From: Tubulanus polymorphus
Lineage: Eukaryota; Animalia; Nemertea
DNA: 64,000 nt
Assembly (NCBI RefSeq): GCF_964204645.1
Contig: NC_134029.1
Coordinates: 18,966,950-19,030,949, forward strand
Direction: 5' to 3'
This document shows positions 12,843 to 25,481 of this stretch, piece after piece; within the stretch, counting starts at the first letter, position 1; every line of letters starts with the position of its first letter. Made by a program: the position numbers and the translations under genes. The notes beneath the pieces are model-generated. The model was not told the origin of the DNA. It did not search any database and was given only the letters and a program-made list of their open reading frames with translations.

Positions 12843-13569
12843 GTAAGTTGAAATATGACGCGGGCTTCGATTTGTTGGGCTGAATGTCGGATTTCTTCGA
12901 AGGGATACGCAGAAAAAGGGCTATATTCTGTTGTATATTCTATATTGTTTTCCCCCGCCTCCCAGAAAATTTCGAAAAGAATTATTTTTCAGGACATCTG
13001 ATCTCATCATCTACGTTATGGCAACCTTGAAACTATAAAAAAGGTATTAGAAAAATTAGGGCCAGTATAGAAGGGTAAATTTCTGGGGCCCGTGATTTTA
13101 AGTTTTTTCCAACTGGCCACGCGCCAGCAATTCCAGCCGACATAAATCGGTGTTCGTTGGTCCGTCTGTCGAAAGGTTCTATATTACACAGACATTCGGT
13201 TGCGTAACTTTCATTTTTTTTCTCCAACGCGATTCTTCTATAATGTCTTGTTTCGCTACATGCGTTAGTTCGCGCGGGCGGTGAATCCCTCGTCGGATAT
13301 TCACAATGTTGACTCAATAGCGAAACTAGTTATAACGTAAATATCCCGAGCGCGAGCGCGCGCGTATCTCATTCGTCGTCGTAAATTTTCATCTGCTTCG
13401 TTTCCGCGCAACAGGCCGTCGCAATAATTGAAACTAATATATTTTCATCGCGAATTGAGTCCGATAATTTTTTTTTTATATCGGCGAAAACCTCATCTAG
13501 AGCTTAATTGAAACGAATGATGTTTTTCAGAAATCATGATTGAATCGAACATTTGAAGCAAGTATTTCA

Positions 13570-14002
13570 CCCATTAGCACTCAGGGATTTCACTTTGTCC
13601 ATCACGATACCGAGTAGCTCATTTGCTGTTTATCTCCATGCATTACAAGTTCGTGTTATCTTGTAGTAAATAGTCGAGGCTTTCATATGATATAAAATTT
13701 GATGAGGTAGGCCACCAAAATCGTGTCCTTTTGGCCCCCCGAAATTCATCAGAAACTGACTTGAATTTGAAGTGAGCGCTCAGATCTGTCATTTTCATAC
13801 TCTAAATACTCTAGAAATTGAAATAGGAGGATGTTGATTTCTGGACTTCGAGGACTTGGGTGTCTAGTTTAACATAAGTGGGTTCAAATCCCGCTATAAC
13901 CGTTTTTATGCATCATACAAAAAAAAGTGTTGGGGCGGATTCGGGAGGGTTGAGGAGTAATAGGCAGGGTCGATACGGGCGGGCGACTTGAGTGCTAATG
14001 GG
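13570..14002. mobile_element. piggyBac-type MITE (single copy here)
   Basis: Perfect 14-bp TIR CCCATTAGCACTCA / TGAGTGCTAATGGG, flanked by TTCA (decayed TTAA) and TTAA. Confidence 0.8.
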
Positions 14003-14280
14003 TTAACTAAAACAATTCGATCTGTTCTGTTCTTGTAATTCAATGAAGCCTGACGAGTTCTGTCCGAAATTCAGCGTTATAACGATGCTATTTTTCTTTA
14101 ACTATTACTCATTCCTCGAGCTATCAGTTCATTTTCTCAGAATGTGCCAGTATTTATGTTTCTATGGGGTTAACTCGACGGGTTGCGCATGGAATTAGAG
14201 TTTTGTGTGTCCTTGATCAAATCACGGACTTTCGTTTCAGAGTCAACGATCGAATGGACTTCTGGACTTTCGATTCTCTA

Positions 14281-14530
14281 AAGCCCAACTCACAGGACAC
14301 CGGGAACACGGAAACACAAACATGGAATCAAAAAACACATTTGATCTCGGAAACAATATTGCCCTGTAGACACGTCATAGGAAAACATGGAAACAGGAGA
14401 CATGTTTCCGAGTAATTCCCTGTGTCGTGTGCGGTTACATGAAACGACAAACATGGTTTGGGAGACAATGTTTCCAAACGTGTTTGATTCTGTTTTTCTG
14501 TTTCCCTATATTCCTGTGCCGTGTAGAGTT
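14281..14530. mobile_element. Palindromic MITE-like repeat (GGAAACA-rich)
   Basis: GGAAACA motifs on the left mirrored by TGTTTCC on the right; related fragment at about 41575-41650. Confidence 0.5.
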
Positions 14531-15225
14531 CATTTTTCAAGGGAGTGACTGACTCCCGGAGTGTCAATCCTGGAGTTAGATTGCCAGGGATATCCAACGG
14601 CTAATAACTGTCTCATAAATAGATAAACAAAATAATTTATTCAGCAATAACAAACTTCAGTATGGGGGGGGGGTAACTCACATGCTTAGCCATCAAATAT
14701 TACATATTACTCTATTTACCAATAAGCTTCCAATCAAAATGTAAGCGTATGAATAACTGATAAGGTTTCTGGGTAGTATTAATGATGATTATGGTTTATT
14801 GATTGAGTCGTGTGTCATAGGTAATCGTTAAAGTTTTACGACTGTCGAGTCCTTTCATGTTTGTCTCAGGAAGTTGATAACCCAGTGCGCGGAAATCTCG
14901 CTGGAAATATTAATTATCGTGTTCAGATACGATGCACGAACCATCTGGATGTCATCGCTCGGCACGTCGACAATCCATACTTTAGCTTATGTTGCTAGCT
15001 ATTGCGAGCTACACTATTGTTTCAGTCACTGGTGTGTGGTTCTTACCAGCCGTCTTGGGACAGTCTGAATTTGGATCTTGCGGGGGGGGGGGCATTTATA
15101 ACATAACTATCTGTAGCCAATTGAGGAACGCACACTATTTATTTGGCCCGTTCCAGGTATGGATTCATTTTGAATGGTCTAAGTGATTTAGTGTGAACAC
15201 TGCTATAGAGTTCAGTGTAGATAGC

Positions 15226-15505
15226 AGTCTCACGATCACGTGAGTGTTTTTTGGCCAACCATTCACACTGGTGCCAAATGGGTCCGTGCCTGTTTGACCC
15301 AGGCAAAATTTGGCCCGACCAAAAATGTCGGACCAGGCCAGTGTCAAATTATTCATCCCCGTGAATGTTTATTGGTTCTGGAAGTGACTGACCTCGCTTG
15401 CCACAGCATTGTTTTGATAATTGAAAAATTATGGAAAGTTGATTTGGATCGGATCAGGCTCGGGCCAAATTTGGCCCGTGCCAAATAAGAGAGCGCGTTC
15501 ACATG
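15226..15505 (+). mobile_element. MITE family A copy with rearranged (inverted) right part
   Basis: Left arm in + orientation, then minus-orientation core from ~15445. Confidence 0.75.
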
Positions 15506-15549
15506 CCTTGAAAAGTAATGTCTATATATGCGTATTGCGTAACATCGTC

Positions 15550-15853
15550 AACAATGGGTATAACGTATATCAAGGATCAATAAAGTTATTTTGAATTTGA
15601 ATATATCGACAATGGAATTAACCGGCAAACAGTATAGTCCTGATATTGGTGTATATCCACAATGCCTTAAAAGAAATCGTAATCAGAAAGACATGAACAT
15701 TTGTTGAAGAGGCTGTCTGTATATAGGCATGGTAAAATATGTGATATGAATAGAAAATAAGTCATGAAATTTAATTATCTCAATGTATGCATTGTTATTC
15801 TGATTTGAAACGCTGATATTGATGACGTAGTACGCATTAACTCATACAGTACC
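15550..15853 (+). repeat. Dispersed repeat family G
   Basis: AAGGATCAATAA.GTTATTTTG and ATATTGATGACGTAG..CAC..ACTCA.ACAG blocks recur at ~33370-33470, 33715-33812 and 46665-46812. Confidence 0.6.
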
Positions 15854-15854
15854 T

Positions 15855-16034
15855 GATCTCGGGGAGTCAATTTGGTCCAGGCCAAATTGGCACGGATTAG
15901 GCCCCCCACTCAAATTTGGCCTGTGCCTAATTAGAGAGTGCGTTCACATGCAAACCACTCAATCGATAGTTGGCACCCGTGTGAACAGTTCCGGGTCTTT
16001 TGGCACGGGCCTAAAATGCTTGTGCGATTGCGGC
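15855..16034 (-). mobile_element. MITE family A, internally deleted inverted copy
   Basis: Core plus end GTGCGATTGCGGC. Confidence 0.75.
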
Positions 16035-16597
16035 GTAATGCATAGTTATTACCAAGGTATAAAACATTTTTGTAACAGTTTTTACGGGGTGTCCGTATTG
16101 ACTGTAGGAATAAATGAACCTCGTGTAGACATAGCTAAAAGGGTTAGTTCAGGACATAGCCATAGCTGTACTGAATATTACTAGTACACTGAACTGTTAT
16201 TCTATATTTGAACGAGCGGCAAGAAATCAATTGATTGTTTATTGTACATCACATGAGAATACATGACTAACGAATGATGATTTGCAAAGCCCTGGCAGCT
16301 TCCTCATTTACCCTATTTGTTACCCTTTTAGCCTGATTCACTTTTGAATGAGGACTAAGTGTTCGACTGTGGCAATTCCACTTGTGGCAAGTGAGGATCC
16401 ACCAGGTTCGCTAGTGTGCATTCAGATAACAACTCCCGGATTTCTTCTCAGATTGAATCAAAATCTATCCATAATTTCTCAAATTCTTTGAATGGTGATT
16501 AGTAAAATTCACCTTATATATGAACCTTGAGATCATCTGAGTTTATCTAGAGGAGCGGTTTGCCTAATTTCTGATAAGGGAGGCTAAAAATTTAGAT

Positions 16598-16695
16598 GAA
16601 AGTTCATCGAAAATGAACTACATTTTGACAGGACTGTCGCGCTGATACACACGCCATCTAGTGGGATAGCTGGTGGCAAGGAGTCCTCATTGAAA
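16598..16695 (+). repeat. Dispersed repeat carrying a CTCF-like motif
   Basis: AAAGTTCATCGAAAATGAA...CACGCCATCT.GTGGGATA.CTGGT...TCCTCATT is colinear with 63566-63655. Confidence 0.65.
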
Positions 16696-17921
16696 GGTAT
16701 CCCAAAGGCTCGGGCATAATCGAGAGAAATCATTCTCTATACAGAAGGCACTCGATGGCTAGGGCATGGTGTTATACATTTCATTGCTGATTAATCCAGA
16801 TGATATCTTTCATATGCTGATGAAATGCGTTCCTGACAACGTTTCACCTCTCGTCATAAGTTGCATCACTCTTTGTCAGTGGGGATGAACTTCGTTTATC
16901 GGGAGTTAGACAACTATTTGAAACTGAATGTCAGTTCCGAACTATAGTACCGAAATAGCGAACCACCCAACTGAGCATGGTCGCTGTAGTTCGTCCGAGT
17001 TCGTACCTATGGCCGACGATCCGGAACCACCAGTCAAAGTCAACCAACTTCGAAATCCGAAGTTCGCCAGGATTGTTAAGATAACCATTAGCTATTTTCC
17101 GAGTGTCTGCGACTCCCTTTATCTTCAGTCATCGATGGAAATTTCTTATTACCATTTTCCGAAAGTTTCCTTCAAGTCATTTCCCAAATAAATGGATTCA
17201 CTTGTTTTACACGATGAATGCTTCTTCAACTTCATCAATCAATAATCGATAAAACATGGGCTGAATTTGAGAAACATGAGCTGAAATTGACGCCAGATTT
17301 CGATCCAAAAAAAAAAGAAGAAATTACTGCTGGAAATATTTTTGTCCAGGATCGCATTATTTTTCTGAGGACTTCGATAAATCATCTTGATAAACCGGTA
17401 AAACGCTGTCTCCCTGTCATCGACGGTCGGATTTATGGCGCTTTTAAGTCACCATTTGCCTGTTGGATGTCGGTTGATGGTCGACGCTAAGTGGTCCCTT
17501 AAGTAAACCGACACATTATGACCGACATGCGGTTAATTGTGTAGAAAAAAAAAACCGCGCAGAGAAGAACCACATCAAAGCACACATTTGTTTTATATGT
17601 TTCATCGTAAAAATTTTTTTTCTCCATCTACGACTGTTTTCTTTCATTTCATTTAAAACATCGATATGATCTCGAACACTGTGTTTTACCATAACGAATC
17701 GGTTTCAACTTTAGAACGAGGTTTTTATTCGGCTCATTATGAAATGAGGTAAAACCCTCGGTTAAGTGGATAAAACTGAAGGTTGAATATCATTACTTCC
17801 ACTAGTATCACTAGTGTATATTAAGGATCATTTAAAATGCTCTCGGGGTTTGTCCTGAGATCAAGCTAGGTCCCTTAAAGGGGATTCAGCCCAAATCAAT
17901 TTGTTGAATTGATTTGACGTA

Positions 17922-18150
17922 AGCCGCGATCACCGAAGATGATTTTGCCACGGCTTATGTGGCCCGGATCAGGCCCAGGCCAAATTTGGCCTTTGCCTAG
18001 TAAGAGAGCGTGTTTACACACAAACCATTCATTTGATACTAAACAATGCTGTGACAAGCGAAATGAGTCACTTCTGGAATCAGTGGCCCGTTATAATTTG
18101 GCCCTTGCTACATTTTGGAAGTTTTTGGTCGGATCAGAGCGGCACAGGCC
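17922..18150 (-). mobile_element. MITE family A, inverted partial copy
   Basis: Starts with TIR AGCCGCGATCAC; core homology. Confidence 0.8.
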
Positions 18151-18542
18151 ATTCCATTGCTGAGAAAGTGCAGAACTGTTTCCCCTGAAAATTTTATTAC
18201 AACATCTTTATTCAGTAACTAACTACGAATTTAATGTGCCCGACCATTATTTGTACAAAGGCTATTAGTTTTCTTCCTGGTTGGTTATTTAATCTTGCCA
18301 TTAAATTTCGCAGTAGTTTACCGGTGCGGGTTTATTTGGGTTCCAACTCATTCAGAAGGTGGCAGTTTAATGTATAAATCTTGCACCTGTGGAGAAGAAC
18401 AGTTCCTAACACAGCCGGCTTATCCAAACATACACAGAACTGCTGCACTAATCGTACTTTATCTGAATATCTGATTCTCCACTGCAGTGATTAACCTAAC
18501 TGTTTAATAACATTTTCGTTATAAATAGTGCCAAATACAGAT

Positions 18543-18638
18543 CTATCTCTCTCTCTTTCCCTCTCCCTCTCCCTCTCTCTCTCCCTCTCCCTCTCCCCCT
18601 CTCCCTCCCCATCCCCTCCCCCTCCCTCTCCCTCTCTC
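18543..18638. repeat. Polypyrimidine (CT)n/(CTCCCT)n tract
   Basis: About 95 nt almost purely C/T. Confidence 0.95.
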
Positions 18639-19633
18639 TGCTGTTTCCTGCTGTAGGGAACATCAGAAATGGTTTTGCCTGTGTATCTATCTACATTCAT
18701 ATTCAACTTTCCATTGCTGTGTTCAATTTTTCATCTCTCGTTTCACAAAAGCCATTATTTCTCGTTTTACAAAAGCAATTTTCTTCGGTCGACTCCACCT
18801 TCATTAGTTAGGGCTGGAAAATGCGAATCGCATAGAAAATTTGTAAATCGTGTTCCAATTTCGGCGCCATGAGAACGTACATATTGAATCATTGTTGTAA
18901 TTTCATTTTTCAAAAATATCACTTTGAAATTCAGTCTGAAAGATTTACCCAGGCCATCAACCTTGAACTAAGCACTATTCAAAATGGATGATGCACTTCT
19001 CGATCAAATGGCCTCGTGAATAAAATCTGGAATAATGTCCGGATTCAAATGTACATTTGATAATAGTATTCTTTATAGCATAAATCCTTATGTATCTGAA
19101 CCAAATCGGAATGAGCATGATAGTTATAGTTGTGGAACTTATCAGGGACTAGCGGCATAAACAAAATTGGTAGCACCCACTATGGAATTACCTACTGAAA
19201 ACATGCCACAGAGTGCGGTGTTGCACGTTGAAATGTTCAACCGCCCTAGAGGAATTTCAAGTTACGATTCTCTGGAACCGAGCAATTATAGCATTGATAT
19301 CGACTTGCCGCGGTAGAGAATCTGGAATCGTCTCCGCGGAGTTGGAACTCTAATTCGGATCATGTATATCAGAAGCTCAGGTAATCACTGAGGAATTGCA
19401 GAACATACGTTTCGCGTACTGCAATAACTCTCATCTCTGTCACACAAAAACTTCTTTCATCCGCTTGTAATCTGATGTTGATGGATGGGTTGAAGGTTGC
19501 GTTTGCCTTTATGTCGAGTTGTATGAAGGTGGACTTATGTTGGCACGTGATCCGCTGGCAACTGATAATTTGTCATCGCACTGGTCATTCTGGTCAATAG
19601 CAATTGTTGGATTCTGAAGGCTGGACACTAAAT

Positions 19634-19878
19634 AGCCGTGATCACACGGAGACGATTTGGCCCGGGCCAAATTGGCACAGATCAGACTCGGGCCAAATTT
19701 GGCCCGTGCCTAATTAGAGAGCGCGTTCACACGCAAACCATTCACTCGATACTAAACAATGCTCAAACAAAGCGAAGTGGGTCATTTCCGGTGCCAGTTG
19801 CAATTCAAACGCATTCATTTGTCTTGTGCTAAAACTTGCCTCAGGGCCTGGTCCGACGTTTTTCGTCGGGCCAAACAG
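19634..19878 (-). mobile_element. MITE family A, well-conserved inverted copy lacking one end
   Basis: TIR AGCCGTGATCACAC; near-identical to 30829-31130. Confidence 0.9.
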
Positions 19879-20019
19879 GCTCAAAGCCAGCACACACTAG
19901 GCAATTTTGTTGCAGACGAAAATTATATTATCCTATTCCCATTTCCAGGTTGTCGAAAAACAAAATGGTAGATTTTTCAACCACGGTTTTTAGTCTAGAG
20001 GGTAGTTTTTAGGCTCCAG

Positions 20020-20184
20020 GGGTCGGTTGCATAGTCATAGGCTTAGACTTAAGACCGGTCTAAAACCAAAGTTCTAAACCTAAAGTTCTATAGCCAATCT
20101 AACAACATTAGACCAGTCTTAAGATTTAAGACCACTTTTGGACTTAGGACACGATCATGCAAGACCCGACTGTGCAACTGGCCC
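20020..20184. mobile_element. PIF/Harbinger-type palindromic MITE (CWG target)
   Basis: TIR GGGTCGGTTGCATAGTC / GACTGTGCAACTGGCCC, CAG on both flanks. Confidence 0.75.
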
Positions 20185-20825
20185 CAGAGGGTGAATATTG
20201 AATATATTTATTTTGTACTGTAATAAGAAGTATATACTTACAGAATTAATTCACATATATAAAATATTTTCAGGGTAAGGGTTTAGGGTCCAGAGGGTTA
20301 GGGTATACGTTATAATTGGGTAGGTAACAGTGAGACTAAGGTAGATAACAGAAAGAAGCTTGAATCCGCCAATAGTGCTCTGATGGCGGGTACTTAGTGG
20401 GTTGAGGCAGTGAAAAAGTTGTCCTTAGTTAGTTAGTTAGCCGGCGAGTTTGATGAAGAACTCGCTGTTCATGACGTTAGCGGTATCGCGTACTCGTCAG
20501 TATCCCCGACGCGGAATAGACATAATTTCATTGCGAGTAATCAGATTATGAATATCGCTCGAGGATCCGAAGCCAGGCAGTCTGATTCTCAGCGTCGAGG
20601 ATCACTTGACTTTTTGCTTTGATTTCTATAATCGCATTGATATTGTATCGCACGCGAAGAAAAGAAGCACTTCGCCAGTACATACACGCTCTGAAACCTC
20701 TTGTGTTTTCGGGGCATCCTTAACAAACTCTCTTATCACGATGTGAAACGTGGTGCCGATGTGTATATGTTTGTTGTGGATGCATCGTCGTCTTATGCTA
20801 AATCTGTCTTCTCAAACAGTCTTAA

Positions 20826-21113
20826 CCCTTTCAGTGCGTCTACACTGCAGTGCGGTGTACGAATCAGTGATGGATTTTGCTAGAACATCGCACTGCGGTG
20901 TATTGATTTAATTAGTAATTACTAATTATCTCTCTCGAAAGGTGGCAGCACCTGTCAAACATAGTGAAATATAAGTAACTAACGATACACCGCGTCGTGG
21001 TGTAGATGCACTATAGTGGTATTCCCGTTATTCAACACACTAGGGTAGAATTTTTCAGAATTTTCAAATTATCTTCAGCACTATAGGGCATTATTTAGTC
21101 AGCACTGAAAGGG
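20826..21113 (+). mobile_element. piggyBac-type MITE family B copy 1
   Basis: TTAA|CCCTTTCAGTGC ... GCACTGAAAGGG|TTAA. Confidence 0.92.
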
Positions 21114-21461
21114 TTAAGTATCGTATTCCGAAAATATCTCGGCGAAGACAGTGAGTGATGTTCTCCCACCTGAGCCATGCCTCATTTCACTTGTGTATCA
21201 CTGCAGACAACGAGGTGGATTTGTGTCGTGTAAATATATAAATCTACCCGCAGCGCTTTGCGTTTTCGGTATTAATGAAACGGTATTGTCATCGGCGTAG
21301 ATAAAGCTATAGTAACTTTGATATCGTTTTAAACTAAGTGATAAAAGAATATGAAATGGCATCAAAGGTACGTCCAACAAGGCAGAACATGGGAGAATAT
21401 GAAGCATATGGAATATATAAGCTAAGTCTACACTTGCTTCCTGGGTTACACGTCTTCTACG

Positions 21462-21716
21462 CATAGGCGTCCCCAGGAATTTTCATAGGGGGTTCGAATT
21501 AGCATCAATCCGGCATCCAAGCACAATGTCTGGTGTTTGGTGGGCCTCCCCCAAAAAACTTTTTTTAAATTGGAGGCTTTAGAGACGTTTTCCAGGCTCT
21601 AAATGAATCATTAAGAGTTAAAAGACTTGTCAAATGTCTTGGAAATAACTTGGAAGTTAGCTATCTCGAAAAGGGGGTGCGTCCGCTACCCCCGCACCCC
21701 CTTGGGGACGCCTATG
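21462..21716. mobile_element. CA..TG (hAT-like) MITE with apparent 5-bp TSD
   Basis: Perfect 14-bp TIR CATAGGCGTCCCCA / TGGGGACGCCTATG; flanks CTACG / CTACA. Confidence 0.8.
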
Positions 21717-21934
21717 CTACACTACGCTTGAAACACGGGTTCAATACAGAGTTTTCCAGAAAGACCCGGGTTTTAGAAACCCTTCTTGGAATAGACGGGT
21801 ACACTCCGCATTGAACCAGCTTTCGTTTCTCTAGTGTAGACGGTAAACCCGTGTTCAATGCAGCGTTCGGGGCGCCACAATTGAACTTGAACTTGTACTA
21901 CAGATGTGGATTCGTACTGCCGAAGCCGAGTTAA

Positions 21935-22202
21935 CCCTTTCAGTGCTGACTAGTTAATACCCTATAGTGCTAGAGATAATTTGAAAATTTTAAAAATTTT
22001 TGAATAACGGGAATACCACTATAGTGCGTCTACACCGTGGCGCCGTGTATCGTTAGTTACTAGTATTTCACTATGTCTGACAAGTGCTGCCATTTTTCAA
22101 GAGAGATAATTACTAATTACATCAATACACCGCAGTGCGGTGTACTAGCAAAATCCATCGCTGATTTATACACCCCACTGCGGTGTAGACATACTGAAAG
22201 GG
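21935..22202 (-). mobile_element. piggyBac-type MITE family B copy 2 (inverted)
   Basis: TTAA TSD on both sides, CCCTTTCAGT TIR. Confidence 0.92.
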
Positions 22203-23177
22203 TTAAGTGTCGACGCTACTTCCTGCAAACGTGGGTTTTCGTCGAACCTGCCTACATCGAAACCTAGGTTTAACAGCTAGTGTAGACGTGGTTATAAAGC
22301 TCATATCTCTCCAAAAGTGCAACACTGTCCCAAAGTGCGAGGTACTGATGAATTTCATAATGGAATCATTGCGAAAGACAGCCGTCGATTTCTCAACCGT
22401 ATACCTTTCATACGAGTCGCCTTTTTTGAAATAAGAGAAACGCGTTTTCTTACGTATTTCGATACCGGTGAAGTTTGTAGATGCTCGACGAAAGCTGACG
22501 TGTCTCCTTTCGTACCCCTCACGGCGTCGCGTCACGACCGTCGTTTCGTCGTAAAACATTAGAAGGCACGATACATTTCTGATATAAGTGGCCTGGTCGT
22601 CTTCTGTCATCGGCTTAATTGAATTACAAATTTTTTCGCGATGAGTAGCGTGAGTAGCTGTTCGATTTTTGTTAACAGTCGGAGAAAGATTTGAATTCAA
22701 GTTGGCTGACGGGACTCTTGTCTCTTATTTCTCTTTTTTTCTCCCACTCTTATACGACAAGATTAATGAATGTTTCCATGGAAAACCCGATACGATCTGT
22801 GTGCTGCGTGGCAGACAGACAGGTTAGATATTCTTGGAGCACTTCCTAAAAACTACGTCTTGTTCCGTGTGCGTCGATAAAATCCATTCGCTATTCAGCG
22901 CGCAATTTTCATGAAGTTGCATTGAATAAGGAGTAAATTTGCTGAGTGATCTCGCGACCTCGTTACTTTCATTTTCTATTCAGAGACGCGATAGCTTTTT
23001 TTCTAATCGTTTCGCTTGCCGGAGGAGGCTTTTTAATGATTTATAACGAACTCCCACAAACGAGATACGAAAACCCAGAGCGAATTGAATCGAATCTAAT
23101 GACGTAATTGAATTTAAACGTTTTCAGCCATTATCGAAATCCGCGTAGCCATTAAATATGGTTCGTGCGTGATTTAA

Positions 23178-23428
23178 CCCTTTCAGTGCTGACTAATTAA
23201 TACCCGATAGTGCTGGAAATATTTTTGAAATTTTGAAAAATTCCATCCCAGGGGGTTGAATAAAAACAATACCACTATAGTGCGTCTACACCGCGGCGTG
23301 GTGTATCGTTAGTTACTAATATTTCACTATGTTTGACAGGTGCTGCCATCTTTTCTCGCCGTGCAGTGTACTAGCAAAATTCATCACCGATTTATACACT
23401 GCACTGCGGTGTAGACGCACTGAATGGG
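23178..23428 (-). mobile_element. piggyBac-type MITE family B copy 3 (inverted, internal deletion)
   Basis: TTAA TSD on both sides, TIR with one mismatch. Confidence 0.9.
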
Positions 23429-24532
23429 TTAATAGAATTCTCGAAATAAAGTATGTGATTTTATGCGAAAACGATATCGATATAATGATCATTCAATGAC
23501 CAGGAGGTTGTCAAGCGAAATGATGGATGTCCTTGATATGCAACGTTAATTGCTTCAAGGTTATGTTGATATCGTTAATCGTGCAAAATCTGTTTATCGA
23601 AACCTTAGCTCGCCGGGCATATATGTCATGGTTTTTCAGGCGACGTTTATTTTTCCGTCTTAGCTGTGCATGATTTTGCCTCGTACCGAGTTGCGGTTGG
23701 TCATTTGAAAAATTTATTTCTGAAACCGACGCAGCTAAAAGACAGCTGATATATCACATAGCGTTATCCCCCCCTGAAGCGCGGTTTCGGGAAGAACTGT
23801 TGAAACATCGAGGCATAAACAAAGATTATTGATTCGAATCGTTGCAGCGAAGCATTACGAAAACTGTCATTCGAAGAAGAGAATTCCGTGCCGCTTGAAA
23901 TATTCACGAAGATTTTCGCGTTTACGCCGTTTGAATGAAATGTTTGTCGGAAGCCAGTCTTAAAAAAACTATGAATAGCTCGGATTTTATTCAACAATTT
24001 TCTTCGACGCAATAAGAAGTCGAGGCCGATTCTATTCGCGACGCGCGATTCTTTCGAGAATCGATGCCATTTATTATTAACGGATATTCGCGAAGCATTA
24101 GTTTCTCGTTTGACGAGACGAATAACGAACTGAGAAGATTTGGCTTATGTCTACATAGGTTTAAATTGAGCAAAGTTTCTGTTTTAATGCCTAATCGCGC
24201 GTGGCGAGAAAAACTTCAACAAGAAATGGATTTTGTGTTCATGCATTTTATACTTAGTTCAGTCCATATAGCACTCAGTGAAACAAGCGATATACTGAGA
24301 AAAACAGGGCTATTAGCAATGGAAAGCAGGAGTTGAATCACATGGTGTCACAAAGCCAATCACATGGTGATTTTCATCGTTTCCCGATGTTTCTTGTTTC
24401 ACAACTAATATGTTGTGTGAAAGAAAAGCCAGAAAAAAAATTCCGTTTGGTGATAATTTTGTACTACGTACTAAGGATATTCTAAACTAGAAGCTCGTGA
24501 TCGTTTTATTTCATGCTATAATCTAGGCTTAA

Positions 24533-24822
24533 TCCTTTCAGTGCGTATACACCGCAGTGCGGTGTATGAATCGCTGATGGATTTTGCTAGTACATTGCAC
24601 TGGGGTTTATTGGTGTAATTAGTAATTAGTTTTTATCTCTATTGAAAGATGGCAGCACCTGTCAAACATAGTGAAATACTAGTAACCTATGATACATCGC
24701 ACCGCGGTGTAGACGCACTATAGTGGTACGCCCGTTATTCAACATACTAGGGCGGGGAATTTTTCAAAATTTTTAAATTATCTCCAGCACTATAGGGTAT
24801 TGATTAGTCAGCACTGAAAGGG
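24533..24822 (+). mobile_element. piggyBac-type MITE family B copy 4
   Basis: TTAA TSD on both sides, TIR with one mismatch. Confidence 0.9.
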
Positions 24823-25481
24823 TTAAGGGAAGAAGCTCATGATCTGATGGGTAGCTGGAACAAACTAGTAAGATCGTTGGGGGTTTAAGCAAACTTCGAG
24901 TTTTTGTAATCTGAGAGTCGAGCTGCGATAACTGATTATGTAGTATTACCCTCATTATCGAGTAGTAGCGTAGCTCTGAAATTTTAGATTAGCTAAAGAT
25001 CAAAAAGTCTTAAGGTTATATCTAAGTTTATTGGCTCCCCGGAGACATGGCTCGTATGTTTACCCGAGTGAGCGCTATCGGTGTCCACACACGGGGAAAT
25101 GAAACGCCGAATGTTCTTTTACTTACTCAGTAGCAATGAACGTAATCTGATTTCTTTGATTTGTCTCGTGTACGAGAAAAAGCAGTAATATCAGCGAAAA
25201 TAGGGAAATTTCCTCCTCGGGCGAATTAACTCGAATTCGTGATGAATACAGCGTCCGATGCGTTACTGAAGTTAAATACGGCATTTGATTGAACAGGGAT
25301 GTACGATGATGGGTGATGCCTCCTGGATGTTCTAACCATGTTCGATTATAAGTTTTGTGCGGGTTGGACATGGTCCTCTCTGAAAGTACTATTCGATATC
25401 GGCCAATCCTAAGAGCACTCATGGTTATTTTCTTCAATTTATAGCGTTGGTACCTAGAAGCTTCGAGGTCCACTTGTTTAT

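Larger units (their letters stand above)
21420..22293. mobile_element. Harbinger-type MITE interrupted by two nested insertions
   Basis: Ends AGCTAAGTCTACACT / AGTGTAGACGTGGTT, ATA on both flanks; internal AACCCG(G/T)GTT and GTGTAGAC repeats. Confidence 0.6.

Noticed and set aside
20272-20303. Telomere-like TTAGGG motifs
   Set aside because: Only two or three degenerate units; not an interstitial telomere array.
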